From NCBI GenBank assembly GCA_965140445.1, contig OZ223236.1, positions 4,896,001 to 4,960,000 on the forward strand: DNA of 64,000 nucleotides, given 5' to 3'. Origin of the DNA: Candidatus Ozemobacteraceae bacterium. GTDB lineage: Bacteria; Muiribacteriota; Ozemobacteria; Ozemobacterales; Ozemobacteraceae. The position numbers and the translations under genes were made by a program. The notes under the pieces were generated by a model. That model was not told where the DNA came from, did not search any database, and saw only the letters and a program-made list of their open reading frames with translations. Positions 37,853-47,582 of this stretch are shown in pieces (positions within the stretch are counted from its first letter, which is position 1; every line of letters begins with the position of its first letter).

Positions 37853-39781
37853 ATGTGTGGCATTTCAGGATTTTCAGGCAACTATGGTCTAGAGCTTCTT
37901 TCCAAAATGGTAAAAGCTGTAGAACATAGGGGTCCCGATTCATTTGGGACCGAGTTTTTTCCAGACCACAAAGTAGGTCTCGGACACACAAGGCTCTCAA
38001 TTATCGACCTTTCAAAAGACGGTCACCAGCCAATGTGCAGTCAGGACAAGCGCTTTTGGCTGACCTATAATGGGGAGATTTATAATTACCGAGAGTTAAG
38101 AGCAGAACTGAAAGCCGAAGGTTACCAATTTAAAAGCCAGACAGACTCTGAGGTTCTTATAAACCTCTATCGCAGAGACGGGCACGATATGTTGAAAAAG
38201 CTGAATGGCATTTTTGCTTTCGCAATTTTCGACACCGAAACATCCGAACTCTTTTTGTCTAGAGACGGGTTGGGAGTCAAGCCTCTCTATATGGGGGAAA
38301 CCTCAAACGGGCTTCTCTATTCCTCCGAGTTAAAAGCCTTGCTCTGCTGCCCGGAACTTTCCCGAGAATTGGACCCACAATCCTTGAATCGTTATCTAAC
38401 GTTCATTTGGTGTCCCTCACCGGGAACAATGTTCAAGAAAGTAAAAAAACTAGAGCCAGGAACTGCATGTGTTATCAAACACGGAAAAATCGTAAAAAAA
38501 TGGCATTGGTATAACCTGCCTTACAACGGCAAACGCCTTGAAGGCACCGAAAATGAAATTGCCAACATGCTCACCAGTCACCTTGAAACAGCTGTTGAGC
38601 GCCAACTTGTATCAGATGTTCCGGTAGGTGCTTTTCTCTCTGGTGGCCTCGATTCCAGTTCGATTGTAGCAATGATGAGAAAGCTTCACCCTGATCAAAG
38701 ATTCAAGTGCTATAGCATCGGTTTTGAAGACGGTGAAGATGTGGAAGGCTGCCCAGCCGATTTACCTTACGCGGAACTTGCTGCAAAGCATTTAAATGTT
38801 GATCTGGAAAAAATAACCATCAAGCCAAATCAACTTATTGAAAGACTTGCTGAACTGATGTGGTTTTTAGATGAACCGCAAGCAGACCCTGCACCGGTAA
38901 ATGCCATGTTTATTGCAGAAAAAGCCAGAAATGATGGAGTAAAAGTATTGTTATCCGGGGCTGGCGGGGATGATATTTTCACAGGATATCGTCGACATGT
39001 TGCCATGAGCACTGAGAAATACTGGAACTGGCTATCTCCAAAAGCCTTAAAAAAGTTGCACAACCTTAGTATGAGGTTTGGAGACGTTCGAAATCCCTGG
39101 ATAAGACGCATAAGAAAGCTTCTGGAAAATGCCCATCTTCCTTTTGAAGACAGACTTATTGGCTATTTTAAATGGTCGTCAGATGAAACCAGAGCCGGAC
39201 TTCTCAATCCTGAGCTTTTCGATAACAATCCACTCGAAGCTCCGGAACTGCCACTCAAGCAAAGTTTAGTCTCAATTGCCGATGAGAAAGACCCCATAAA
39301 CCAGATGCTATATCTGGACAGTAAGTTCTTTCTTGTGGATCATAACCTGAATTATTCAGATAAGACCTGTATGAGGTATGGAGTTGAAGCACGTGTTCCT
39401 CTGCTTGACCCTGATTTGGTAGAGTTTGCTGCAAAAATTCCAACAGCAATGAAACAAAAAGGAAATGTTGGAAAAGCAATTTTCAAAAAAGCAATGGAAC
39501 CATACCTTCCTCACAACCTAATTTACCGACCAAAAACTGGCTTTGGAGCCCCTTTAAGAAAGTGGATCAGAAATGATCTAAAAGATATTATCGCTGAACT
39601 TCTTTCTGAAAGCTCATTAAAGAAAAGGGGGCTTTTTAATCCAAAAGCGGTTAAAAAACTAATTGAAGATGACATAAATGGAAAAATTGATGGCGGTTAC
39701 GTTATTCTTTCCATTCTCTGCGTAGAAATATGGTGCCAGTTGTTTCTGGACGGCGTTTCTTACACTGACATTAAAATTTGA
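37853..39781 (+). CDS. asnB: Asparagine synthase-like glutamine amidotransferase
   Basis: MCGI, HRGPD, RLSIIDL, YNGEIYN, LSGGLDSS. The glycan cluster context suggests sugar amidation. Confidence 0.93.
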   Translation: MCGISGFSGNYGLELLSKMVKAVEHRGPDSFGTEFFPDHKVGLGHTRLSIIDLSKDGHQPMCSQDKRFWLTYNGEIYNYRELRAELKAEGYQFKSQTDSEVLINLYRRDGHDMLKKLNGIFAFAIFDTETSELFLSRDGLGVKPLYMGETSNGLLYSSELKALLCCPELSRELDPQSLNRYLTFIWCPSPGTMFKKVKKLEPGTACVIKHGKIVKKWHWYNLPYNGKRLEGTENEIANMLTSHLETAVERQLVSDVPVGAFLSGGLDSSSIVAMMRKLHPDQRFKCYSIGFEDGEDVEGCPADLPYAELAAKHLNVDLEKITIKPNQLIERLAELMWFLDEPQADPAPVNAMFIAEKARNDGVKVLLSGAGGDDIFTGYRRHVAMSTEKYWNWLSPKALKKLHNLSMRFGDVRNPWIRRIRKLLENAHLPFEDRLIGYFKWSSDETRAGLLNPELFDNNPLEAPELPLKQSLVSIADEKDPINQMLYLDSKFFLVDHNLNYSDKTCMRYGVEARVPLLDPDLVEFAAKIPTAMKQKGNVGKAIFKKAMEPYLPHNLIYRPKTGFGAPLRKWIRNDLKDIIAELLSESSLKKRGLFNPKAVKKLIEDDINGKIDGGYVILSILCVEIWCQLFLDGVSYTDIKI

Positions 39782-39802
39782 TACAAACAAAAGGGAAACA
39801 GC

Positions 39803-41965
39803 ATGAAACAGATCTTACAAAGCTTGAAATCCGGTAGTATTGAACTTGCTGAAATACCAGTTCCAACTGTAAAAGCAGGAAATCTGCTCATAAAAACAAG
39901 CAAAACTCTCATATCTCTTGGCACAGAGAGAATGTTATTAAACTTTGGTAAAGCCGGTTGGATAGACAAAGCCCGTCAGCAACCAGACAAAGTTAAACAG
40001 GTTTTTCAAAAAATGAAAACTGATGGTCTTATGCCTACAGTAAATGCTGTTTTCAAAAAACTTGATCAGCCATTGGCTCTTGGCTATTCAAATGCAGGTG
40101 TAGTAATCGATGTGGGAAGAGGAGTAACCGATTTTAAAATTGGTGATCGCGTTGTTTCAAATGGTAACCACTCTGAGGTAGTTTGTATCCCTCAGCATCT
40201 CTGCGCCAAAATTCCAGATAATGTTAGTGATACGGAAGCTTCTTTTACTGTAGTTTCCTCTATAGCTCTTCAAGGCATAAGACTTGTTGATCCAACTCTC
40301 GGAGAATCTGTTTGTGTAATGGGGCTGGGATTAATAGGTCTCCTGACCTGTCAGATTCTCAAGGCAAATGGCTGCCGGGTAATAGGATTTGATTTCGACA
40401 CACAAAAGGTTGATATTGCAAAAGACTACGGAGTGGAAGCACACAATCTCTCAGACGGAATAGACCCTGTTGACGCCGCAATGAACTTTTCTCGCGGAAA
40501 AGGTGTTGACGCAGTAATTATTACCGCTGCTACAGCAAGCAATGACCCGGCTCACCAGGCGCCTCAAATGTGCCGTAAACGGGGAAGAGTTGTTTTGGTT
40601 GGTGTTGTCGGTTTAAACCTCTCCAGAGATGACTTTTATAAAAAAGAAATCAGCTTTCAAGTCTCCTGTTCCTATGGCCCTGGAAGATATGACCCTGCCT
40701 ACGAAAACAAAGGACTCGACTACCCGATTGGATTTGTTCGCTGGACCGAGCAACGAAACTTCGAAGCCATATTAGGGCTAATGTCCTCAGGACAGATAGT
40801 AACAAGCAATCTGGTTTCAAAACAGATCCCGCTTTTAAATGCTCAGGAAGCATACAATCTTGTTTCAAGCTCAAAAGACATGCTTGGAATTGTTCTGGAG
40901 TATGATGGAAGTGTAAATCTTGCAGAAAAATCTGTTTTCTTAACCGAAAAAATTGAAATAGATGTTGATCCAGAAGAACCTGTAGCTGGCTTTATAGGTG
41001 CTGGGAACTACGCTGCCGGGACGCTTATTCCTGCATTTAAAGCCGCCCAGGCACACCTTAAAATCATTGCCAGTTCTGGCGGAGTTTCCGGAACACATGT
41101 TGGCAAAAAAAATGGATTCGCCATCAGCACAACTGAAGCGCAAAGAGTCTTTATCGACCCGGAAGTAAATACTGTTGTTATAACAACTCAGCATAATTCT
41201 CATGCCAGATTTGTCATTGAAGCTCTCAACGCCGGGAAAAACGTTTTCGTAGAAAAACCACTTTGCATGACACCTGAGGAGCTAGACGCTGTGGTCGAAG
41301 CCTATCAAAACGCAAGAAATGAAAAAAGTGTTCGGCTAATGGTAGGTTTTAATCGAAGGTTTTCGCCTTTAATTGAAAATTGTAAAAAGGTAGTTTCAGT
41401 TTCAAACGCTCCCTGCAGCATGATCATGACTGTAAATGCCGGGGCAATACCTTGCGATCACTGGACACAGGACATCACTTCTGGCGGTGGACGAATACTT
41501 GGAGAAGCCTGCCACTTTATTGATTTACTTCGCTTTATCGCAGGTTCACCGATTGTTTCGACCAGTTCTACTTTCATGAACGACCCGATAGCATCTGACA
41601 TACCAAAAGATACGGGAAGCATTAGTCTGGTTTTTGAAAACGGTTCTATTGGAACAGTTCACTATTTTGCCAATGGCAACAAAGATTTCCCCAAAGAACG
41701 CCTCGAAATTTTCACAGGCGGCAAAATTCTGCAAATGGATAATTTTAAAGCCCTGAACGCATTTAACGTTCCCGGTTTAAAAGCTCAGACTCTTTGGGCT
41801 CAAGATAAGGGACAACAAGGATGTGTGGACGCCTTTCTCGCTTCGATAAAAGAAGGTCGCGAATGTCCAATTAGCATGGATGAAATAATTGAAGTTTCTT
41901 TAGCAACCTTCAAAGCCGCTGGAATAAACAGGGAAGCTCAAAAGGAATCGGAAGAACTGGATTGA
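39803..41965 (+). CDS. Bi-domain oxidoreductase (MDR dehydrogenase + Gfo/Idh/MocA)
   Basis: GLGLIG, SCSYGPGRYD, GFIGAGNY, VFVEKP, VGFNRRF, GEACHFID. Confidence 0.9.
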   Translation: MKQILQSLKSGSIELAEIPVPTVKAGNLLIKTSKTLISLGTERMLLNFGKAGWIDKARQQPDKVKQVFQKMKTDGLMPTVNAVFKKLDQPLALGYSNAGVVIDVGRGVTDFKIGDRVVSNGNHSEVVCIPQHLCAKIPDNVSDTEASFTVVSSIALQGIRLVDPTLGESVCVMGLGLIGLLTCQILKANGCRVIGFDFDTQKVDIAKDYGVEAHNLSDGIDPVDAAMNFSRGKGVDAVIITAATASNDPAHQAPQMCRKRGRVVLVGVVGLNLSRDDFYKKEISFQVSCSYGPGRYDPAYENKGLDYPIGFVRWTEQRNFEAILGLMSSGQIVTSNLVSKQIPLLNAQEAYNLVSSSKDMLGIVLEYDGSVNLAEKSVFLTEKIEIDVDPEEPVAGFIGAGNYAAGTLIPAFKAAQAHLKIIASSGGVSGTHVGKKNGFAISTTEAQRVFIDPEVNTVVITTQHNSHARFVIEALNAGKNVFVEKPLCMTPEELDAVVEAYQNARNEKSVRLMVGFNRRFSPLIENCKKVVSVSNAPCSMIMTVNAGAIPCDHWTQDITSGGGRILGEACHFIDLLRFIAGSPIVSTSSTFMNDPIASDIPKDTGSISLVFENGSIGTVHYFANGNKDFPKERLEIFTGGKILQMDNFKALNAFNVPGLKAQTLWAQDKGQQGCVDAFLASIKEGRECPISMDEIIEVSLATFKAAGINREAQKESEELD

Positions 41966-41981
41966 GCACAGGAAAAGCTTA

Positions 41982-43646
41982 ATGTTTATTTTCAGACTGT
42001 TTAACACATTAAAATATTTGAAACCAATTCAAATATTTGGTCGCCTAACCTTTCTTTTAAAAAGAAAGTATCTTCCAATCGGAAATCCTGGTGGCTTATG
42101 TGCAAAAGCTATGGAAATAAAACAAAACTCCAGATCTTTGCTCCCCGAAAAAGTCTGCTTCAATTTTTTGAACCATGAGGAATGTTTTCCCATCGAAAAA
42201 ATTCCGTGGACTCTTAATGGAAAAGCAGAGAGCAAAAATATGCCCAAATTATGGCGGTACAAGCTCAATTATTTTGATCGCCTTTCTCTGGAAAACGGAC
42301 AACGCTTTTCACCGGAAAATGAGTTTCTGATTTTGGATTGGATTTCTAAAAACAATGACCCCAAAAAAGAATCATGGGAACCATATCCGACTTCTAAGCG
42401 CATTGTTAACTGGAAAAATTGGCTGGATCTTCACCCGAATATTGAAGAAGTTACGCGAAAATGCATTGAAGACTCCATAATCCTGCAAACTCGCAGACTA
42501 TACTGGGAAATAGAATTTCATAACCAGGCAAATCATTTACTTGAGAATCTCAAAGCTCTATTCAGCACTGCAGTTTATCTTTTTGAAAATAATCCAGATG
42601 CTTTAAATGAGGCCAAAGTCTGGATCGCGTTTTCAGCTCATCATTTAAACCTTCAAATTGACGAGCAGGTTTTGCCAGATGGAGCTCACTATGAGCGAAG
42701 TCCGATGTACCACCTGGAAATGCTTGAAGCTCTGGAAGAAATTGCCATGACCATAAAAAATTCTTCCATAAAAAGCAGCAACGATTTGCCAGCTTCAACC
42801 AAAAAAACAGTTTCTACACTTCACGAAAAAATATATGAGCAAATTCCCGCTATGCTTGAATGGTTAGCTTTAATGACCCACCCGGATGGCTATATTGCAC
42901 TTTTCAACGATGCCAACCTTCTGAAAGGGCGAAATACCCCAGAGCCTCCTGTTGAAGGTAAATCAATAAACTGCCTGATGAAAGATTCTGGATATTTTGT
43001 CAGAATTCATAAGGACTACTATTTTGTTTTAAGTTGTGGAAACCCATCTCCAGCCTACCAGCCGGGCCATACCCATTGCGATATGTTTTCTTTTGAGCTT
43101 TCTATTAATGGCTATAGATGCATTGTTGACACAGGCTGTGGATCATACCAGGATAAGCAGATTAGACACTCCTCCAGAACTACGTCTGCACATAATGTAC
43201 CTATGATTGAGCTTGCCGAGCAGTCAGACATTTGGGGTGACTTTCGAATTGGCAAAAGGGCCCAGATCAAAAAAGTTGATTTTGATTCGGCAACAGGCAT
43301 GCTAAGACTTGAAATGATCGATCAATATGATCAGGAATTTCATAGAGAAATTATTTTTGAAGAGCAAAGAATCAGATTCAGAGATAGGATGTACAACAGG
43401 CGAGTGACCGGAACTTTTTGCTCCAGCCTCCACCTTTCCCCTGATGTTGTTCTATTACCAACAGATGCGGACCATCTATGCTTATCTAACGGATCTGCAG
43501 AGTTTGAAATTTTAACCACAAATCGATCCAGATTTGAGGCATGTTCATATTTCCCGGAATTCGGAAGCAGAATTCAATCTCAGAAATTAATTATAAGTAA
43601 CCATCAAAGTGAGGCGATAGACTATGTCATTACCTGGAAAAGGTAA
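41982..43646 (+). CDS. Heparinase II/III-family protein
   Basis: WEPYPTS.RI, ANHLLEN, DGAHYERSPMYH, GHTHCD..SFEL, TSAHN. Confidence 0.88.
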   Translation: MFIFRLFNTLKYLKPIQIFGRLTFLLKRKYLPIGNPGGLCAKAMEIKQNSRSLLPEKVCFNFLNHEECFPIEKIPWTLNGKAESKNMPKLWRYKLNYFDRLSLENGQRFSPENEFLILDWISKNNDPKKESWEPYPTSKRIVNWKNWLDLHPNIEEVTRKCIEDSIILQTRRLYWEIEFHNQANHLLENLKALFSTAVYLFENNPDALNEAKVWIAFSAHHLNLQIDEQVLPDGAHYERSPMYHLEMLEALEEIAMTIKNSSIKSSNDLPASTKKTVSTLHEKIYEQIPAMLEWLALMTHPDGYIALFNDANLLKGRNTPEPPVEGKSINCLMKDSGYFVRIHKDYYFVLSCGNPSPAYQPGHTHCDMFSFELSINGYRCIVDTGCGSYQDKQIRHSSRTTSAHNVPMIELAEQSDIWGDFRIGKRAQIKKVDFDSATGMLRLEMIDQYDQEFHREIIFEEQRIRFRDRMYNRRVTGTFCSSLHLSPDVVLLPTDADHLCLSNGSAEFEILTTNRSRFEACSYFPEFGSRIQSQKLIISNHQSEAIDYVITWKR

Positions 43647-44829
43647 GAAAATCCTTATAATTTCTCAGTTTTATTACCCTGATGTTACGGCTTGCGCTTT
43701 TAGAATAAAGGAGACAGTGGATCTTTTATTAGCTAAAGGGCATACTGTTCATGTAATCGCAGGAGAACCTCATAAAGGGCAGATTAAAGGGCAGCAAATA
43801 GATGATGGCAACGCAACCGTCACGAGAGTTAAGCTTTTTAAATACAGCGGCAAGGGAAAATGGAATTATATTCTTCATTATCTTTCATTTATGTTTGGAG
43901 CTGTAGCTGCATCATTTAAGCATCCATCAAGGTTTGATGTGGTATGGGCTTCGAGTCCACCTTTATTTACAGCGATTTCTGGCTATTTTGTATCTCTACT
44001 AAAAAAAGCCACCTTCGCATTGGACATTAGAGATATCTGGCCAGAATCCGCTGCTGTAGCCGGACAAATTTCTCCTGATGGTTTCTTGTTTAAAGCCGCC
44101 AAAAAAGTAGAAAAGTTTGTTTATGATCGTGCCAGTTTGATCACCTGCGTTGCAAAGCCTATGGCATCTTATATTGAGCAAGTGTCTGGTGGAAAAAAGC
44201 CAACCATTATTTACAATGCAATCCCTGGTAGCATGGTCCCAGAAGAAGTTAAACCAATTAATGAATCCCCTGAAAAGTTACAGATTCTATATGTTGGCAA
44301 TATGGGATTTTGTCAAAATCTTTCATTGGTTTTAGATGCAGCAAAAATCCTTCAGGAGAGATCTGAAATAGGAATTGAGTTTCTCATTGTTGGAAATGGA
44401 ATTGAAAAATCCATGCTTGAAAAACGAATAGAAGATGAAGCCATTAACAATGTTGTCATTAAAGGGGTTATACCAAAATCTGAGGCAATAGAATTAATAA
44501 GAACAACTGAAGCTCTTATGCTCCACTTAAAAGATGACGGAACCATGGATAAAACTATCCCCTCAAAGGTTTTTGACTATATGGCAGGTGGGCGCCCAAT
44601 TCTATTTGGATTAAAAGGCGAAGCTTGTGAAATTCTTGGATCAATTGGGGGAAATCTTTACTACGACCCTGCTGATGCTGGTCAGCTTGCTGATCAAGCA
44701 ATAAATTTAAAAAAGAATTACGTAGAGCTGGCAAAAAAAGCGCGAGAAAACCTAAACAAAGTTAAAAGTGAATTTCTTCGTGAACGTATGGTTGATAAGT
44801 TGGAAAAAGTTTTTTTCGACAGGCAATAA
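43624..44829 (+). CDS. Glycosyltransferase family 4 (WbuB-like)
   Basis: SQFYYPD, SSPPLF, DIRDIWPES, YVGNMG..QNL, IPSKVFDYMA. Confidence 0.92.
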   Translation: MSLPGKGKKILIISQFYYPDVTACAFRIKETVDLLLAKGHTVHVIAGEPHKGQIKGQQIDDGNATVTRVKLFKYSGKGKWNYILHYLSFMFGAVAASFKHPSRFDVVWASSPPLFTAISGYFVSLLKKATFALDIRDIWPESAAVAGQISPDGFLFKAAKKVEKFVYDRASLITCVAKPMASYIEQVSGGKKPTIIYNAIPGSMVPEEVKPINESPEKLQILYVGNMGFCQNLSLVLDAAKILQERSEIGIEFLIVGNGIEKSMLEKRIEDEAINNVVIKGVIPKSEAIELIRTTEALMLHLKDDGTMDKTIPSKVFDYMAGGRPILFGLKGEACEILGSIGGNLYYDPADAGQLADQAINLKKNYVELAKKARENLNKVKSEFLRERMVDKLEKVFFDRQ

Positions 44830-44844
44830 AGCCATTTAAATAGG

Positions 44845-44888
44845 AAAAAAAATCCCCAGAAACAGGTAAGGTTTCCGGGGATTTTTTT
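44845..44888. terminator. Bidirectional terminator
   Basis: AAAAAAATCCCCAGAAAC...GTTTCCGGGGATTTTTTT between convergent genes. Confidence 0.75.
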
Positions 44889-44912
44889 GTCAGGCAATCG
44901 CCTTAAAAAAGC

Positions 44913-47297
44913 TTAATCCTTTCTGGAGTAAAAGCTTTCCAGACGTTCATACCAGGCCCTATGCGATTCTTCTTTAAGCATAAAGTCGAAACTGCCAACA
45001 GCTCTACAAACCTTTATAAAATCACTGAGAAAGTTAAATATAGCGTTAGCAGAAGCTTCTTTAGCAACTAATGATGCATTTTGAGCGTCAATTAAATCGA
45101 GAATATTAACAGCTCCTCTTGTATAAGCGCTTTGAACCAGTTCAAGGGTTTTTGAAGCATAATCGGCTCTGGTCTCAGCTAACTTAATACTAGAATAAGA
45201 TGCACGAGCATCTTCCAAAGTAACTCGTGTATTTAATTCTAGTCGCTGCTTTAAAAATTCCCGGTCATTTTCAAGTTTTTTTACTCCAGCATCAGCTTCC
45301 TTAATTGCCGCTCTTCTATCTCCCCCCTCATGAATAGGAATCGAAACATTTAAACCAACATACCAATCGTTTTTATCTGGAACTTTCAAAATAGACGAGA
45401 ATGGGGCTGGTAAGGACGGTTTAGTATCTCCAACTCCGTTTTCCTTAATTGTTCTGCTAAAGTTGCCCTGCAAAGCTACTGTAGGTGAATCAAACCTGCG
45501 TTTGGCTGACTTATGCATTCTCTTTTGTGCTTTTAAGCCATTATTAATCTGCTGTAGTTCTGGAGAAAAGGCGAATGTGTCCATAACCATGAAATCTCTG
45601 AAAACTTTGTAACCATGAACATTATCAAGATAGGTTGATATCTTTTCAGGATCCAGAACGAATACCCTGGAAAATATGTTGTCATCTGAAGTTGCAAACT
45701 CTTCTTCCTGACCTGCATTTAAAAGCTGATTTAACATAAGTTCTGATTTCTTTCTCATGGCCGAAGCATCAATAATGGCCTGGCGAGCGTTAGTCATCAT
45801 TATTTCCCAACGATAAACCTCAGCCGGTCCTGAAATTCCAACTTGTTCTCTAAACCTGGCTATCTCAAGGTTTGCCCTGGTAACTTCAAGATTATCTCTC
45901 TGAATTGCCATCAATGTTTTTGTTTTAAGAACATTTAAATATGCAATGGCAGCATCACGGATCACGTCAAGAATTAAAGCACGTTCTTCTTCTTTTTTCG
46001 CTGCAAGCATGAACTTCTGAATATCGATTCCTGCATTAGCCTGTTCACTGTATATGACCTGCATTAAATCTGCCCCGATTTTTGTTGTATATTCTGCCGG
46101 AGACATCATGGAATCTGCTCTATCCTTGTCCATTACAACTTCCTGTCCAAAAATACTTAGCTGAGGTCGAAGTCGCGCTTTAGCTCTTTCTATGGATTGC
46201 TTTCCAGCAGACAATTCCTGGTTTTTTGCTGCCAATTGAAGGCTTCTAACAACTGCTTTACTGATAACATCTTTGATACAAAGCTTTCGCTCAATATTTT
46301 TAACATCTTCATTTACCAATTCAGCATCTGTCATCTGCTCAAAGGTTGGATAAACACCAATCTTTCTGGCAGTTTCCATATTAATTGTCAAACGCTCAAC
46401 TTGAGTAAAGCTGGTTTGGAACTCTCCTGGATCTTCGCCTAGAATAATTCTCTGAACATTTAAAGCAATTCTTCTTGCCAGCTTTTGTGTATCAATGTCC
46501 ATGGCAATGCATGCATAAACTCCAGCTTCTACAGAAGTCCTTCCCATCATAGATAGAGTTGGAATCTTTAAATCATTTATTTTTGCAACCAGCTTCTTAA
46601 AATTATCTGGTCCTAATCTGGCTAATGGGCCAAGATATGCGGCTTCGGCACCATTTAGCTGTTTAATTGAAGCATCTATATTATCAGTAACAGCAATAAT
46701 TTTGAGCTTAACTGATTTCTCTTCCGTGGCTTTCTTTAAATACTCAGTCAATTCTGGAATGGCTTCTAGCAGGTAATCTGAAACAAGAATATGCAAAGTT
46801 TTGAATGGAGTTATCTCCTGAAATCTTGCAATATGTTTGGGCAGATCAATGTTTAAATCTGTATAAGCCAGATTTTCAATTCCACTTGCCCCTTCAAAAG
46901 CTGGCAGCTTTTGCATTTTCGCATTAATAATATGAGCTGCAAAAAAAGGCTTTGAATATTTAAGCTGGTGGCTTCCAAGATGAGAAGCTACTGGCCCTAG
47001 CGCGATTACAGCATTAACGCTATTGTCAGCCATCAAGGAATCAATTTCCTTTTTAATTAATTTCTGATTCCATTGTCCATCTTTAATACAGCTTTCTTTT
47101 ATCAAAACACTTGTATCATCAGAAATAAGTTTGGAAATCTCATCTTTTATTGAATCTATCAATTCTGTCATAACGTGAGTTTTCCCATCCATAACAACAC
47201 CCATTTGCAAAATCTTTGCAGAGCCGGGAGTTGTTAAAACGATGGTAAAAAGAACTGCAAATGCAATCTTTGTTAAATAATTACGTGCCGAAATCAT
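44913..47297 (-). CDS. TolC-family protein with N-terminal ABC substrate-binding-like domain
   Basis: Signal peptide, ~300-aa periplasmic-binding-like region (VIALGPVAS...LTINMETARKIG), then OEP repeats (YTRGAVNILDLIDAQ). RBS GGAGG before ATG 47297. Confidence 0.85.
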   Translation of the reverse strand: MISARNYLTKIAFAVLFTIVLTTPGSAKILQMGVVMDGKTHVMTELIDSIKDEISKLISDDTSVLIKESCIKDGQWNQKLIKKEIDSLMADNSVNAVIALGPVASHLGSHQLKYSKPFFAAHIINAKMQKLPAFEGASGIENLAYTDLNIDLPKHIARFQEITPFKTLHILVSDYLLEAIPELTEYLKKATEEKSVKLKIIAVTDNIDASIKQLNGAEAAYLGPLARLGPDNFKKLVAKINDLKIPTLSMMGRTSVEAGVYACIAMDIDTQKLARRIALNVQRIILGEDPGEFQTSFTQVERLTINMETARKIGVYPTFEQMTDAELVNEDVKNIERKLCIKDVISKAVVRSLQLAAKNQELSAGKQSIERAKARLRPQLSIFGQEVVMDKDRADSMMSPAEYTTKIGADLMQVIYSEQANAGIDIQKFMLAAKKEEERALILDVIRDAAIAYLNVLKTKTLMAIQRDNLEVTRANLEIARFREQVGISGPAEVYRWEIMMTNARQAIIDASAMRKKSELMLNQLLNAGQEEEFATSDDNIFSRVFVLDPEKISTYLDNVHGYKVFRDFMVMDTFAFSPELQQINNGLKAQKRMHKSAKRRFDSPTVALQGNFSRTIKENGVGDTKPSLPAPFSSILKVPDKNDWYVGLNVSIPIHEGGDRRAAIKEADAGVKKLENDREFLKQRLELNTRVTLEDARASYSSIKLAETRADYASKTLELVQSAYTRGAVNILDLIDAQNASLVAKEASANAIFNFLSDFIKVCRAVGSFDFMLKEESHRAWYERLESFYSRKD

Positions 47298-47582
47298 GAT
47301 TACCTCCACTAGAAAATGCCCTTCTACAAAACAAATCTTTTACTTTTTTTTGTTCGCAAAGAGGCTAAACTAATATTTTATAACACCAATAGAATCCACT
47401 TACAATAGGCCATAGCATTTAAAACAGATGACCTTTTTAAAAGCTAATATTGAAAGCATTTTTGATTTGAAATTTGAACATATCTTTATTGCGCAAAAAA
47501 ATGGATGTTTTTTTTAAACAGCCTTGACCTTGCCATGTATAACTCATGTAATATACTTCTACACTATTTTAGAGGTAAACGA

